A stretch of 64,000 nt of DNA from NCBI GenBank assembly GCA_040954595.2, contig CM082589.2, positions 3,796,213 through 3,860,212 of the forward strand, written 5' to 3'. This document shows, piece by piece, positions 12,061 to 36,145 of this stretch; position 1 is the stretch's first letter, and each line of letters begins with the position of its first letter. The position numbers and the translations under genes were made by a program. The notes under the pieces were generated by a model. The model saw nothing but the letters and a program-made list of their open reading frames with translations. It was not told the DNA's origin and did not search any database. This DNA is from Balanoglossus misakiensis. Its lineage: Eukaryota > Animalia > Hemichordata.

Positions 12061-12795
12061 ATTTTTTATCAGTAACTATTACGTTGACACTGCCAGCAAC
12101 TGAAATAGATGTTTATTTTATAGTGATATATCTAAAAAATGCGCATATTTTTTAAATTTCAAATGAGTTTTGTGCAACGAGTGTTGATAAATAAATATAT
12201 GATTTATCTTTTGTAAAACAAGCCATGTGTTCATGTTATGAGATTCTTAAAAAATAAAATGAAGAACTGCGACTCGCTGGGTGTTTGTGAATTTATGTGA
12301 ATCGTTTACTAGCCACCCTCCCCCCTCCAAAAAAAAAAATAGCAGGGCCAAATACAGTATACATACCTTTAAGAAGGACGATTGTAAAGACAAACGTCGC
12401 TGAACTTTTGTCGTTGTGGGCGCTATTCGTAGACGTGACAGGTCAAAGGTCATATGAGGTCGCCACAGATGCCGGCTACTTGCTGCCCTATTTTCCAGTT
12501 GACAAGGCCAACGACAGTGATACCCGCAGTTTAACAAGGAAATACTGTGTTCCAGTAGCTAAAGAGGTAATATCCATAGTGTTGTGTAAGCCTGTTGCAT
12601 GGGGATGCTGCCGTAGCGACGCGTCGACCGTGGTCTCTGAGACTGACCTCGAAAAGTCATGGCAGTGTCTATAATCCTGTACATATCCTTGAAGTATACC
12701 ATGGCTGCAGTTTTGTTTCACCTGGAATAGGATGATTCAACTGTCTCAGGAAGTGCTCACTAATATCTTTTCAATTGTATCCTCCAGAACTTGAC

Positions 12796-13389
12796 ATGGC
12801 CTCCTCAAAACCTTCGAATTTTTCCTGGGTGGAGGAAAAGAAGTTGGCCGGTTTGGCCTTTCCCAACTTCCTCGGGCATCTCCAGTTCCTCCGCGAGCAA
12901 GGAATCAAACACCTGGTGTCGCTAACTCAGAGGAACCCACCAATGGAAACCTGCCCGGAGATCATTTGGCACCCAATCAAAATGCCGGATTTCACAGCGC
13001 CCTCCCCAGACCAAATCAATGAGTTTTTGAGGATAGTTGAGGAGTCCAATGCAAAAGGCGAGGTGGGGAAACTACAATGTCAATATTCTACCAATATAAC
13101 TTCTCTTCTATATACAATAAAACTATTAATTTATTAACTTCAATAATGATATTGATCATATCTACAGTTAGTTTTTTTTTGCTTGCAGGGTGTGGCTGTT
13201 CACTGTGCCCATGGCAACGGGAGAACAGGTACCATGCTGGCGTGTTATCTGGTCAAGACAAGGAAGATATCCGGCCAAGAGGCCATTGACCTTATACGTC
13301 AAATTCGACCTGGGGCCATCGAGGTCCCAGAACAGGAACAAGCAGTCATCCGATTTTACCAATATGCAAAATCAAATTTTATGATATGA
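12796..13389 (+). CDS. DUSP23: DUSP23-like dual-specificity phosphatase, copy B; intact catalytic motif, about 155 aa
   Basis: Exons 12796-13062 and 13189-13389: [23 protein letters not shown]...[13 protein letters not shown]...NAKGE|[21 protein letters not shown]...IRPGAIE. HCX5R and the general-acid Asp are intact. AATAAA at 13758-13763. Confidence 0.93.
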
Positions 13390-15258
13390 TGTGCATACAT
13401 GTAATGAATACTAGGTATTTTTTTATATTTAAATCATAGTGTGTGACACGAACAGTATATTAGTTAACCATTTCACCCCAGTTCCCTCTTTAGAAGGTCC
13501 AACCTTACCATAGAACACAATGTGCGTGGATTGAACCATGGTGGTGATGGCAGTTTGCTCTGTGCAACCAGAATGTGGCGAAACGAACTTTGACATCAAA
13601 ATATTGATGCAAGCAGAGACTGGAAGGGGACAGGGGATAAGGATTAACAACACGCTTAAAATTCATTAATAGACTTTGTATTTTCCGTCATGCTAAAACC
13701 ATTGTACAATATACACACTCAATGTATACTTCTACTTACTAACCTCTACAATGTGTAAATAAATTCACAAAAAAACAAATATCTTGATGTTTTGTTACTT
13801 TTTTTCTGTTTACCACACTTCAGTAGTTACAGCTGTGTTATTTGTCTTGTAAACCACATTTGACTGTAGACAGGTATAACAATCATAGGCATATCACATG
13901 TCTCCAAATACACTCAAACTTTAAAAGCCCTGATTCTGTCTAGTCAAATGTACAATTATATTTCTAAAATGTATATGTCATGATCTTTATTAGTTGTAAC
14001 ATTTTTCTGTTTACAAGTTGTAAATATTCTGGGTTGAATATGAAATTGGCTGTTATATTTCTACTGCATACAGTTGAAAAAAACAAGCAAAATGTCTGAA
14101 AGACAACTAAGTTCTTAAAATTTCAGTGCTATTGCACATGGATCATTGTACTTCACAACAAAACATAATTATTTACAAGTAAATCTTCAAGCTAAATTAT
14201 ACAAAGGTTGCTTTAATGAATACACAATTGAACAGCTTAATACATGACTGGCTAATTACCAATGCCTGGATGGAGAAATTTCTCATAATTTTAACTTTGA
14301 TAATTGAAGGCCCCCTTTACCAGTCAATGGATTCTCATGTACAAGTCTTGTAGAGCATTTCTTGTACATGTATTAAACACAAGGCAAAATAAAAATCAAG
14401 CATTAACATAATATGTAATTTTATAGAATTAAAAAATAAAAATGCATGTTTCTCTATAAACACATGTCACATGTAACAAAAATAAAATGTGTGTTGTCAA
14501 CTATGAGCAGTTTCAAATAAGCCCCATCCAACCTTAGGCTTACAACACCAACCATAGGTTGAATCCCATTCTCGTCAATGGGGATGGCTGGAGCTATATA
14601 ACACAAAACAGGGATTATAGAATTGAATGGAAACTTCCCTGAAGCATGGAGTTCCATACTAAAAAGTAAAAATAAAATATATCGCAAGTTCTAAATTTTC
14701 ATAGCAACATAAAAGAAAAATCTGTTACATAAATAAGGGCAAGCTGCCAATGAAAACAAATCCTAGCATAAGAAGATTTACACAATTTTCAAAAATCAAG
14801 ATGATTAAGATTTACTAATTTTTAAAATCCAAGATGGCTGCCAAATCTGAAGCTTTGAAGAAGTAGCTTCAGAACCTTTTCATTTCATTTTTTTCCCAAT
14901 CAGTCTCCATTATGAAGTCCAACTCATACATATAGAAATACAGTTTCTGGAAAATGTCTTCACGTAAATTTAAGGAAAAAAGGTGTCATACTTTGTGCGG
15001 ATATAAGAACTCATGTAAGCACATGCTAACTTATGAGAATGTAAAAGAAAATGCTTATTCTACTGAAGTCTATACAATTCACAAGATACTTGCTGGCAAA
15101 TATGGCATGGTTTGTCCCTGTGGTTCAACCTCAAAATGGCTGAGAAGGGACATCGCATGCAAATCCACTTCAAAATAGTGGCCTTGGCTTACACCAAAAT
15201 CTCAGCTAACTACAGCGTGTAAATGAAGCCATTGTATCTCCACCTAGGCTACTCCCCC

Positions 15259-27317
<12,059 letters not shown>

Positions 27318-27599
27318 ACTGAGTAAACACAGGAAGTGTCCGTCGATCTCCTAGAAACCGGCTAAAACATTTACGATGCACCTCTCCGTAACAGGTTTAA
27401 TTTGTAAACACCGTCGCGATGTCAAATATCAAAATAAATATTACCGAGAGCCCGTTCCAGACATTCAAATGGGTTTCAAAGCGATCGGTGTGATTCGTAG
27501 GTTGTTCCTCTGCATACAGCTCCGTTTGATCGAGGAGAGGGGGTGTACTAACGGCTTTGTCGGCAATTTCCTCATCTGCTAGCTGACAGACACTCATTC

Positions 27600-27930
27600 A
27601 CTAAACTAGGAGTCGCCATTTTGACCTTGGTGGGTGTCCTACCCACAACCCACTGCGGTAAACCAAAATGACTGCCTGATGGTGGCGCTCTGTACTGGAG
27701 TTGACTGCAAACTAAGATTTCTCGTCTTAGAGGCTGGTCAATTTCTTCGGCTTGGGTTGGATTCATGGGGGAGGTCACCCTATTTTGATTTGGGAGTCAA
27801 AATGAACGCACGTTCAATTTCTTTTACATGAGACAGGAGAGTCCCACGACACATTCAAGGAATTACTTTCGACCAATCAGCGTCTAGGACTTAGAGAACG
27901 CAAAGGGCTAATACGACCAATCAAAGCGCA
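27600..27930. promoter_or_regulatory. Putative bidirectional promoter between FAM135 and the small + strand gene
   Basis: YY1-type CAAAATGGCG on the minus strand at 27614-27623, and two identical CGACCAATCA (NF-Y/CCAAT) boxes at 27870 and 27914. Confidence 0.5.
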
Positions 27931-28079
27931 GTTCTTTCGAACTAAATAGAACACTGTTGGTGTGGACCATTCACCGCTACTTTGCACTTCATGTTGTTTC
28001 CTTCAACATAGCAATCGCAAACCGAGTTATTTTTGGTGTATTTTACTTTGTGTAGCAATTCGAGTGTGAAAAATTCAAC

Positions 28080-28537
28080 ATGCTTGGTCTTCTGACTCTC
28101 TCAGTATTTCTAAACCAAGTTCTAACGGACGTGACAAAGAAAATCAAGACTTGGAATGGCCAGGGCGTTGGCAGAGATATTGACAGGTAAGGAACATTGC
28201 TAATAACCTCCTTTCCACGCCACAAAGTCGAACGTTCATCAACTCTGTTGGCAATAGAAAATTGTTTCTTCTTGGTCAAAAATTTGGGGAAAAACAGGTT
28301 CCAGGGCAGTGGCAGCGTAATTAATCAAACATTTTGTGTTCGCATCTTCCGTCTAGGCTGGGTCACTACATGGATGAACACCAAATGGTGTGTTCGTGTG
28401 ATGCCGGAGCTCACCATACTTGCAATAACTGTCGCCAAAACCAACGTGATCATGTGATTACACCAGTGGTTTTGCCAGACTGGCGGGGCGGAGGAGACGC
28501 AGCTAATCCATATGTCGTCCGCATCCAAGTCTTTTAA
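28080..28537 (+). CDS. Uncharacterised small protein of about 95 aa with a Cys/His cluster (2 coding exons)
   Basis: ATG in a caacATG context. Exon 28080-28186 (donor AG|gtaagg) joins in frame to exon 28357-28537 (acceptor tcttccgtctag), giving MLGLLTLSVFLNQVLTDVTKKIKTWNGQGVGRDIDRLGHYMDEHQMVCSCDAGAHHTCNNCRQNQRDHVITPVVLPDWRGGGDAANPYVVRIQVF*. CCAAT boxes lie upstream and ATTAAA at about 28711. I do not recognise the family. Confidence 0.6.
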
Positions 28538-29803
28538 CTGAAGATTGCATGATGTTTGCTGAACAAAGGGAGGATTGGGTAGGTGTTGTTAAATTTTACT
28601 CCGATGTATTAGGTTCAAAGAGCCAACAGTTACGAAATACTTTTTTTAAATCCCCCCTCTCATTTCAGTAGTGTCATTATAGGCACAACAAATGCCAGGC
28701 ATTGCAATTTATTAAAATTCGTCTACATTTTTTTCACGATAGGTTGGATCCCGTATTGTGAAAAACAACGATTTTCCAGTTGAAGACAGTTTGGTAGATT
28801 GATGCATATACTCGTCAAACCATAGGGTCTATGGTCGAACCGAAGACATGGCAAATATTCAAAGACCGCAGGAACCACGAATAATACAGTATAAATGAAA
28901 TGCTTTCCTGTGGGAGGATTTACCCGTTTGTTGATTAACGTACAGATATTCGCAGCGTAGGTTTTGGTCTAACGTTAATCTCGGCCCCAACGACGTCTCG
29001 ACTACACGATGTCCCGTACATTGTATGTTGGAAAGTCGCGCACATGGATTAGGACAGAGACGTCAACGGCAAAGAGAAGTAACCATAGTATTAGAAGAAG
29101 AAATTCCCACAGAAAAAACAACAACGGAGTTATCCAGGCTGATCTCTATATATAAGTGATCTAAACACCACGTTGTATTTCCTTGGCTGGGGTCAAAGCC
29201 AGATTCGTCCAGTTTGGGCATGCGCAATCTGAAGCGCAAGAGAAGCTAATTTCAATGAACATATATTGTACTATTGTAACTTTTTTTCCATTTTTGATGG
29301 TCGACTTGTATTCAGTTTAATTTCTAATTTCTTATCTCATAATGAATATTGTAGAAAACTTTTTCTCATATGTTGTCCAATAAAGTTGCGGCGCCAGTCT
29401 AAATAAAACAAGTCTGTTAGTGTGTCATATACAGAACTTATGGCATTTTTGGCGAACCTCTCAAGCTACCTGAATTTCGCGATGAAATCGTCAGACCAAT
29501 GGAGCCCCCTTGGCGTGTATATTAATGAGAAATATCATATCGTCATTTGTCAGAGAGCAATTACTACCGTTAATTCAAATGTGGGCGTCGTGTTAACATA
29601 TCGGGTATTGCAGACGGTCCAAGGTCCCTGGGGTCTGCTCAACACAGGTGAGGTCGGAAATTAGAAAGAAATTTAACCGAGGAGATGTGAAAAACTTCGT
29701 CCGACAGAGAAATTGAAGCTCTCTCGTGCAGTTCGCGTGACCTCGTCCTCCACTTTAATCAAACTCAAGACAACCCTTGGAAGGTGAAGTGTTTTTTTCA
29801 GCC

Positions 29804-32800
29804 ATGCCAAGCGTGCATCAGTTCCCGTCGGTGGGTTTCAACAACGACAACAACACGGACCTGGAGAACCTGTTCCTGACTGCCGCCGAGAAAGGCGAGG
29901 TGAAGGCGTTGATGGTAGCGCTGGATTACTTAGGCATATTCGACGTCAACTGCGTCGACAGCGAGGGCAAAAGTGCGTTGATGTTAGCCATCGAAAACCG
30001 AAACCTAGGTATGCACACAGTTTATTCAATTTCAGCTATTTCAATTTTAGCCTTTGTTTTTAAGACTTACGATCGTTACCTTAATTTGAAATAGACTTCT
30101 CATTTCTGTGCTTCACCGTTGAACATGTTCTTCTAGTTAGAGAAAAGTACGTTTTTTTTAACTATACGTACACTGACACTACGTTCATTTCTGCTCGGGT
30201 AAATTGACAACGTAAAAGATAGTTGACATCGGCAGTCAAGTTCACTAACTAATTATACAAAGTATTTAGTGTAATTGCTTACTATTAATCAATGTTATTA
30301 ACCTTCGATACAACTGAATGCACGTCTAATTGTCTGTGTTGTAGAGCTGAACATTTCTTGCTGGTCTACATAGTACAAGGTCAAAGAATATTAGCAAGTA
30401 TTGCTATTACCCTTACAAGGGTCGTGCATTTAGTTTTTATTAACTATGGGGTTTGCATTATGTGGACCCTGCGATGTATTAATATTAGCCACTCTTTCAA
30501 AATGAGAGACTTTGATAGGTGTAATCCTGGGAAAACCTATCATGTCTATATTAATTGCTCAGAAGCCGAGTTTAGACACTTCATTTCCGACCTAAGACCT
30601 TTCGCATCTGTAGAGCTAGTTAACTATACACGCCCCGTTCCACACAAAGTTGTAAAGTGATAGAAGGAGGAGAGAGGGAGAGACGAACATACAGGTGGTC
30701 GGATAGAACACTTTTTGCTAAATGTAGAACTCCCTGTCTCCGTGTCAACAACATTTAGAATATGTATTGATTAAGTGAACATCGTCTAGCTTTAATTATC
30801 ACGATAAGAACACCTTGATATAACCTCACATAAATAGAATTCCGGAATAAATTGAAGGTATAGTGCCGACTTACGTGAGCCGTTAATATAATTTATTACT
30901 TTTAATTGTTGTAAAGTGTACAGGAGGCGCAACTGTTTAACTGTTTCATTAGTTGTGGAATTCTGTGCATGTATATGGAAATTGCTATAAGAACAAGTCT
31001 AGACTAATTTGCTGCAAAAAATGTCTACGTCTCGTTACCATTTCCTGCCCAATTATGTTTTAATTCCATGTTTTCTGCGTTGCCCGCGTGAGAGCATTCA
31101 CCTTCTGACATAAAAGTCCTATACTTACCTATGAACATGTATATGTATGTATGTACATTTTCTTTCAGACGTTCTGGAGATTTTATCACACAACGCACTT
31201 GTAGATCTGTCGGATGCTTTGCTGAGGGCTGTGAATCTGCAGTACACTGCAGAAGTGCGAACACTGTGCCGAGCATTGCGACACAGACGCTTGTTGCCGG
31301 TCAGTTGGAGTTTGTATCTTACACACGAATTTTGTATATAGGAAAGGAAGACGATCAGTACATGTACATTCTGTGCACTCAACCGTTTCCATATTGTAAA
31401 TGGTGTTACATAAATAGTTGAATCGGCTTTTTTCGGGATCGGCAATAAACGGAAAATTAACAATCCTTGTAATAACATATGAAGCTTTGAAAATATGCAG
31501 GCAGATAGAAATGGGTCACATTTGATAATATGAAACATTTAGTTACGCTCAAGTAGACCGATCTGCAGACCATCTGCGTCGCCAATGCTGGATAATTAAC
31601 GACATTTACGCTCGCACCAAATCGTGACCATGGGAGACTTAATGTGGAAAAGAAGTAAAGGTCGGCCGCAAATAGAGTCCCATGTCGGAGATGGACATTA
31701 AGTGTCGGTCGGACCTCGAGAAACAAAGAAAAAGTCCCCCTCCTCGTTTCAAACATCTAGCTTTTGGTCAACAAAATGGTCATAAAAATATGTGAATTTC
31801 TCTTGAGAACTGAACAGCTGCATAGCGGCCATTTTTCATTCCATCATTTTTTTTAATTAAGCAAGTTACATTTCGAGACAGAGACAGAGAGAGAGACAGA
31901 GAGAGAGAGAACACAATTTGTCATGTGCATTAATCAAGACACTTTTCCACGTTTTTATAGGACGGTCTCAACTGTCGATGTACAAATGGCGACATCGCCG
32001 CTGACGTCACACCGGCGGTGCTGGCGGCCCAGTTGAACAACTACGACATGTTGAAGGTCCTACTGGAGTACGGCGCCGAGGTGAAGGACCCGTCGTCCTA
32101 CGAGTTCTCCTCCAAGGAGTTCACCCTGGAGCACTCGGTTGGCACAATCGCCGTGTATCAGGCCATCACCAGCGAGGCGTACATCGCCCTGACCAGCGCC
32201 GACCCCTTCGGCCGGGCGTTCGAGCTGAGCTCCAAGATGCGGAGCCTCAGCGCCCGCAACTTCGAGTTCCGGTTCCAATACGAGGACATGGCTACCCGCT
32301 GCGAGAGATTCGCCGCCGACCTGTTGAGCTACGTCAGGAACAGCGAGGAACAGCTTGTCGTGATGACCCATGACCCTAAAACGTGGTCACGAGAAGATTT
32401 CCATGGGGACTTCATGGAGCCGCTTAAGGTGAAAATGGCTATCAAACACGATCAAAAGACGGTAATTGGATTCAATTATCTTTGAGTAATGAAATCGCTA
32501 AGGGTTCTCATGATACCGGTTTTTAGTTATTTTAAAGCGCAATTCATTTCATAAGTATCACGAAATGTTGATACACAAAGTTAAGATAAACGATGTGTGA
32601 GCACATTATCGTGTTTATTTAATTTCTAATATTACAGCTCTCTATTAAAGCGCGTAGCTCGTCTCACACGCATGTTCCAACTGTAGCCGCTGGTTATAGA
32701 CGTTTAGTGAAGCCAATCCCATAAGGCAGTGCTCACACAAGATGGCGGCGACCATAATCTGTGCCGGAGATCGGGAAAAGACACTAGCTTGTGTGAAAAG

Positions 32801-34569
32801 GAGGGACAAACCAGAATCTACTTATACGGTGCGCATGAAATATGGAAGGAAGCGAAGGCAGTCCACTATTTGAATGCATCGAACGGAAACTTTGCTGGGA
32901 AGTTACGCGCATGTGCGTGAGACGAGGGTAGGCTTGTGGCAAAGAGTTTCATATGGCTCATACTCATTCACAGGAACTTTTCCCCCAAGAACTGCACTTT
33001 GGCAACCCACTTCAATGTTTTAGTCCGTACCATCACTGTTCATCAAAATTTAATCTAGTGTTTATCTTGTTATTTACAGTTTGTGGCGCACCCGCACTGC
33101 CAACAACACTTGGCCGAGCACTGGTACAGCGGACTCACAGACTGGCGCAAGCTGAGCACCCTGAAAACGACGGCGTATACCTGCCTCATGATGGCGCTGT
33201 TCCCGGTAATGTCTCTCTGCTACATCGTGGCGCCCATGTGCCGCCCAGGCAAGCTGCTCAGTACACCTTACGTCCGATTCATCTCTGACCTGGCCTCGCA
33301 GTCCATCTTCCTTTGCATGTTGGCGATTCATTTTGTGGATTTCGTGGTTCACCCGGTGGATTTGGAAATCATCGAAGATTCCTCCCTCCCGTCGGAGTTT
33401 ACATCCATTTTGCCGACCCAGTGGGAAGCAGTTATAATCCTATTCATAATAGGTTAGTTATATTTTGTGGTATTATATAGCTGTTCTATGATATTTGTGA
33501 TATTTTATATGTAGCTATAACAACTCATCAGATAAATAAACCAACTGATCAATAAATCAATCTATTAACGATATTAAAATTTGTCCCTTTTGTAGCACAC
33601 AGCTTGAAGTGTTTTGGCCCCATGCTGACGGGCGGACTGCATTGGTTAAAGGACAATTCGCGTACAAAAATATTCGATGCGGTAACCCTAATCGCTTTCT
33701 GGGCTTGGATAATTCTGCGTGTTGTGGCTGCATATCAGGTAACCCATTCAAGATTCTCATCGCTTTATCATTGAAGAAAAGTTTATTCCAATTTTGTAAC
33801 AGGTCCCCACATATATTATTGGATCATTAGCATTTATAACTCAACATTGTAGGCCTATATACTCAGTACCTTTTGATAAACTCTTAAACCAGGGTACTGC
33901 ATTTTTGTTTCATAGGCCTACTTTGAACATAATGGTGCAGTGGTCTCGCCGACAAATTCCAGCCTGGTGAATTTGAATACGAGCGGTTACCCTTCAGAAG
34001 TGTCTCCGCATCTCAACGGATCAACGCCAGCGGGCGCGGGTTTCTCCACCGACGTGTATCTGAGAGAAATCAATCGGAAGCTGGACCTGGTTCTGCAGAA
34101 AGATGAAAAGCTCGACGCAAAATTTCGGAGAGACTTGGAGCGTCAGAAGCAGCCGGCGGCCGAGAAGACGCGCCGACGCCGCGGTGCAGCTGCGCGACCG
34201 GTGGGGCGCAGCAGCAGCGATACCGAATACCAGAGCCAGTATTCGCCCGAGTTCAGAATGGAAACCCTGCCGCCCGGACACCCAGTCATAGTGTCCAAGG
34301 GAGTTCTCGCCATCGCGAAGGTCTTCAGTTTCCTGAGAATCGTCCGCATGACGGTGATCCTGCTCAAAGTCGGGCCGATGCAAATTTCCTTCGGTCGTAT
34401 GGGGGGAGACATCATGAAATTCATGACCATCTTTATCCTGATCTTGGTAGCATTTGCAGTGGGCTTGACAGAATTGTATCATTTGTATGGCGAAGATATG
34501 CTGAAGGAGTGCATGGAGCACTCAAATCCACGCCATTGTCGACTGCCCTATGTAAAGTAAGTTAGGCTA

Positions 34570-34657
<88 letters not shown>

Positions 34658-36145
34658 TGTTCAAATCAGACCATCTGTGCTTGAGATAGATACACACACC
34701 ACATGCGATATAATATGCCGTCGCGTGAGACACGATGACTAAAATTCATTATTACTATGTCCTGGGTATAACATCAAAACCCCTTTTCTTTGCCACGCTC
34801 AGTTTTCAGTCTTCAATTATATCGCTGTTTTGGGCTCTGTTCGGTATGACGGACCTTCGCAGTTTGGACGTGCTAATCGCCGACCACTGGGTGACCGAAT
34901 TCATTGGCCACTGCCTGTTTGCCGTGTATCACGTGATCGCCATCGTGGCGCTGCTCAACATTCTGATAGCTATGATGAGTAATACGTACAACAAAATCGA
35001 GGTAATCTTTAGAAGTTTTTTCTTCTTATGCATGTTTGATCCTTCAGTGCTCCTGATATTCACATTGCAACATTGCTATGTATAAAACCATCTAGTTACT
35101 AGCCCAAATCCATATATTAGCATAATGAAATTCGCGGTGTGTGCCAAATAACAACATCATTTACTATTCGCAACCCCAGGAAGATGCAGACATCCAGTGG
35201 AAATATTCCCGCACTAATTTGTGGATGAGTTATTACGAGGAATCTTCGTCGGTGGCGCCGCCATTTAATCTTCTTCCCCGTCTGAGTTGGTTGAAGTCGT
35301 GCATAAAATGCGAGTGTACAAAAGAGCAGCATTCAAAACAGGTATGTATGTATGTATACAAACAAGTTTTACAACTCGCTTAATATTTGCAGTTTATGGT
35401 TGCGTAATTAAATACTGTATATCTGTTTACTTCCTTTCACAGATAGAGATATTAGCAATGGACCGCAAATATAAGGTAAAAATAGGAAAACTAGTAAATT
35501 TTAGAAACAAAGTTTTTTCGTCGGGAAAATTAATTATGGGTACTCTCCTTCTAGTTATTCAGTCTAAGTTGGCTGTGGTATTTCCAGATATGATTTAAAA
35601 CAACACAAGAAACTGTATATGAGACTAAAACTACTTTAATGTACCTCCTTTTGTAGACTCTAGCAAAAGAGCTCGTGCATCGTTACTTCTTTGACAAGAA
35701 AACCATGATATTGAAGCAGAGAGATGCGAGCCAAGACACGTACCTGACGCAAATGAAAGGCAACATTGCCAGTTTCAAGTACAACGTGCTGGAATCGCTG
35801 CTGACGATCGGCGAAACCGTGGCAGACGTCCACCAGAAAATGGCGGTGGACGATGACGACGACTGCCCAAAGATGAAAACCCCGCCGAGTCTGCTAGGGA
35901 ACGACCTTGTGGACATGATGATGGCGGCCATAGAAGAGCAGGATCAGACATACCCGAGGTTTCCGGTGCGCCCCGAGAGCTTTGTTCGCCTACCATCATT
36001 TGCCGACTGCCCCATCATTGGTACGTTTCCTTATATAGATGAAGATTATGACATATACTCCAATAACACCCCCATGAGCGCCGACGGCGGAATCACAAAA
36101 GGATTTACACATGAACCTCCGAGCAATGGCTCCACCTTTGTTTAA
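29804..36145 (+). CDS. Short transient receptor potential channel (TRPC-like, divergent), about 958 aa
   Basis: 10 phase-consistent exons: 29804-30008, 31169-31299, 31961-32461, 33080-33452, 33596-33738, 33916-34556, 34803-35001, 35180-35341, 35443-35475, 35657-36145 (2877 nt). Ankyrin repeats (FLTAAEKG, VNCVD..GKSALMLAIEN), DPFGRAFELS, FVAHPHCQQHL..WY, GPMQISFGRM..DIMKF, pore SLFWALFG, S6 LLNILIAMMSNTY, TRP box QWKYSR followed by PPFNLLP. Confidence 0.93.
31875..31910. repeat. (GA)n-rich microsatellite in TRPC intron 2
   Basis: gagacagagacagagagagagacagagagagagaga read directly. Confidence 0.8.
34570..34655. repeat. Compound (TG)n(AG)n microsatellite in TRPC intron 6
   Basis: About 12 TG units followed by about 31 AG units, starting 14 nt after the exon 6 donor. 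Confidence 0.95.

Noticed and set aside
12297-12674. 125-aa + strand ORF upstream of DUSP23-B
   Set aside because: Non-ATG start and no homology; more likely promoter or 5' UTR sequence (donor-like site near 12568, acceptor at 12787).
27572-27620. Upstream ATG (MATPSLVN) as an N-terminal extension of FAM135
   Set aside because: It would need a weak donor. The ATG at 27317 already matches the family N-terminus, and the upstream ATG is part of a YY1-type motif.
32060-34521. Minus-strand ORFs of 92-166 aa overlapping TRPC exons
   Set aside because: Antisense shadows caused by high third-position GC in the TRPC codons.
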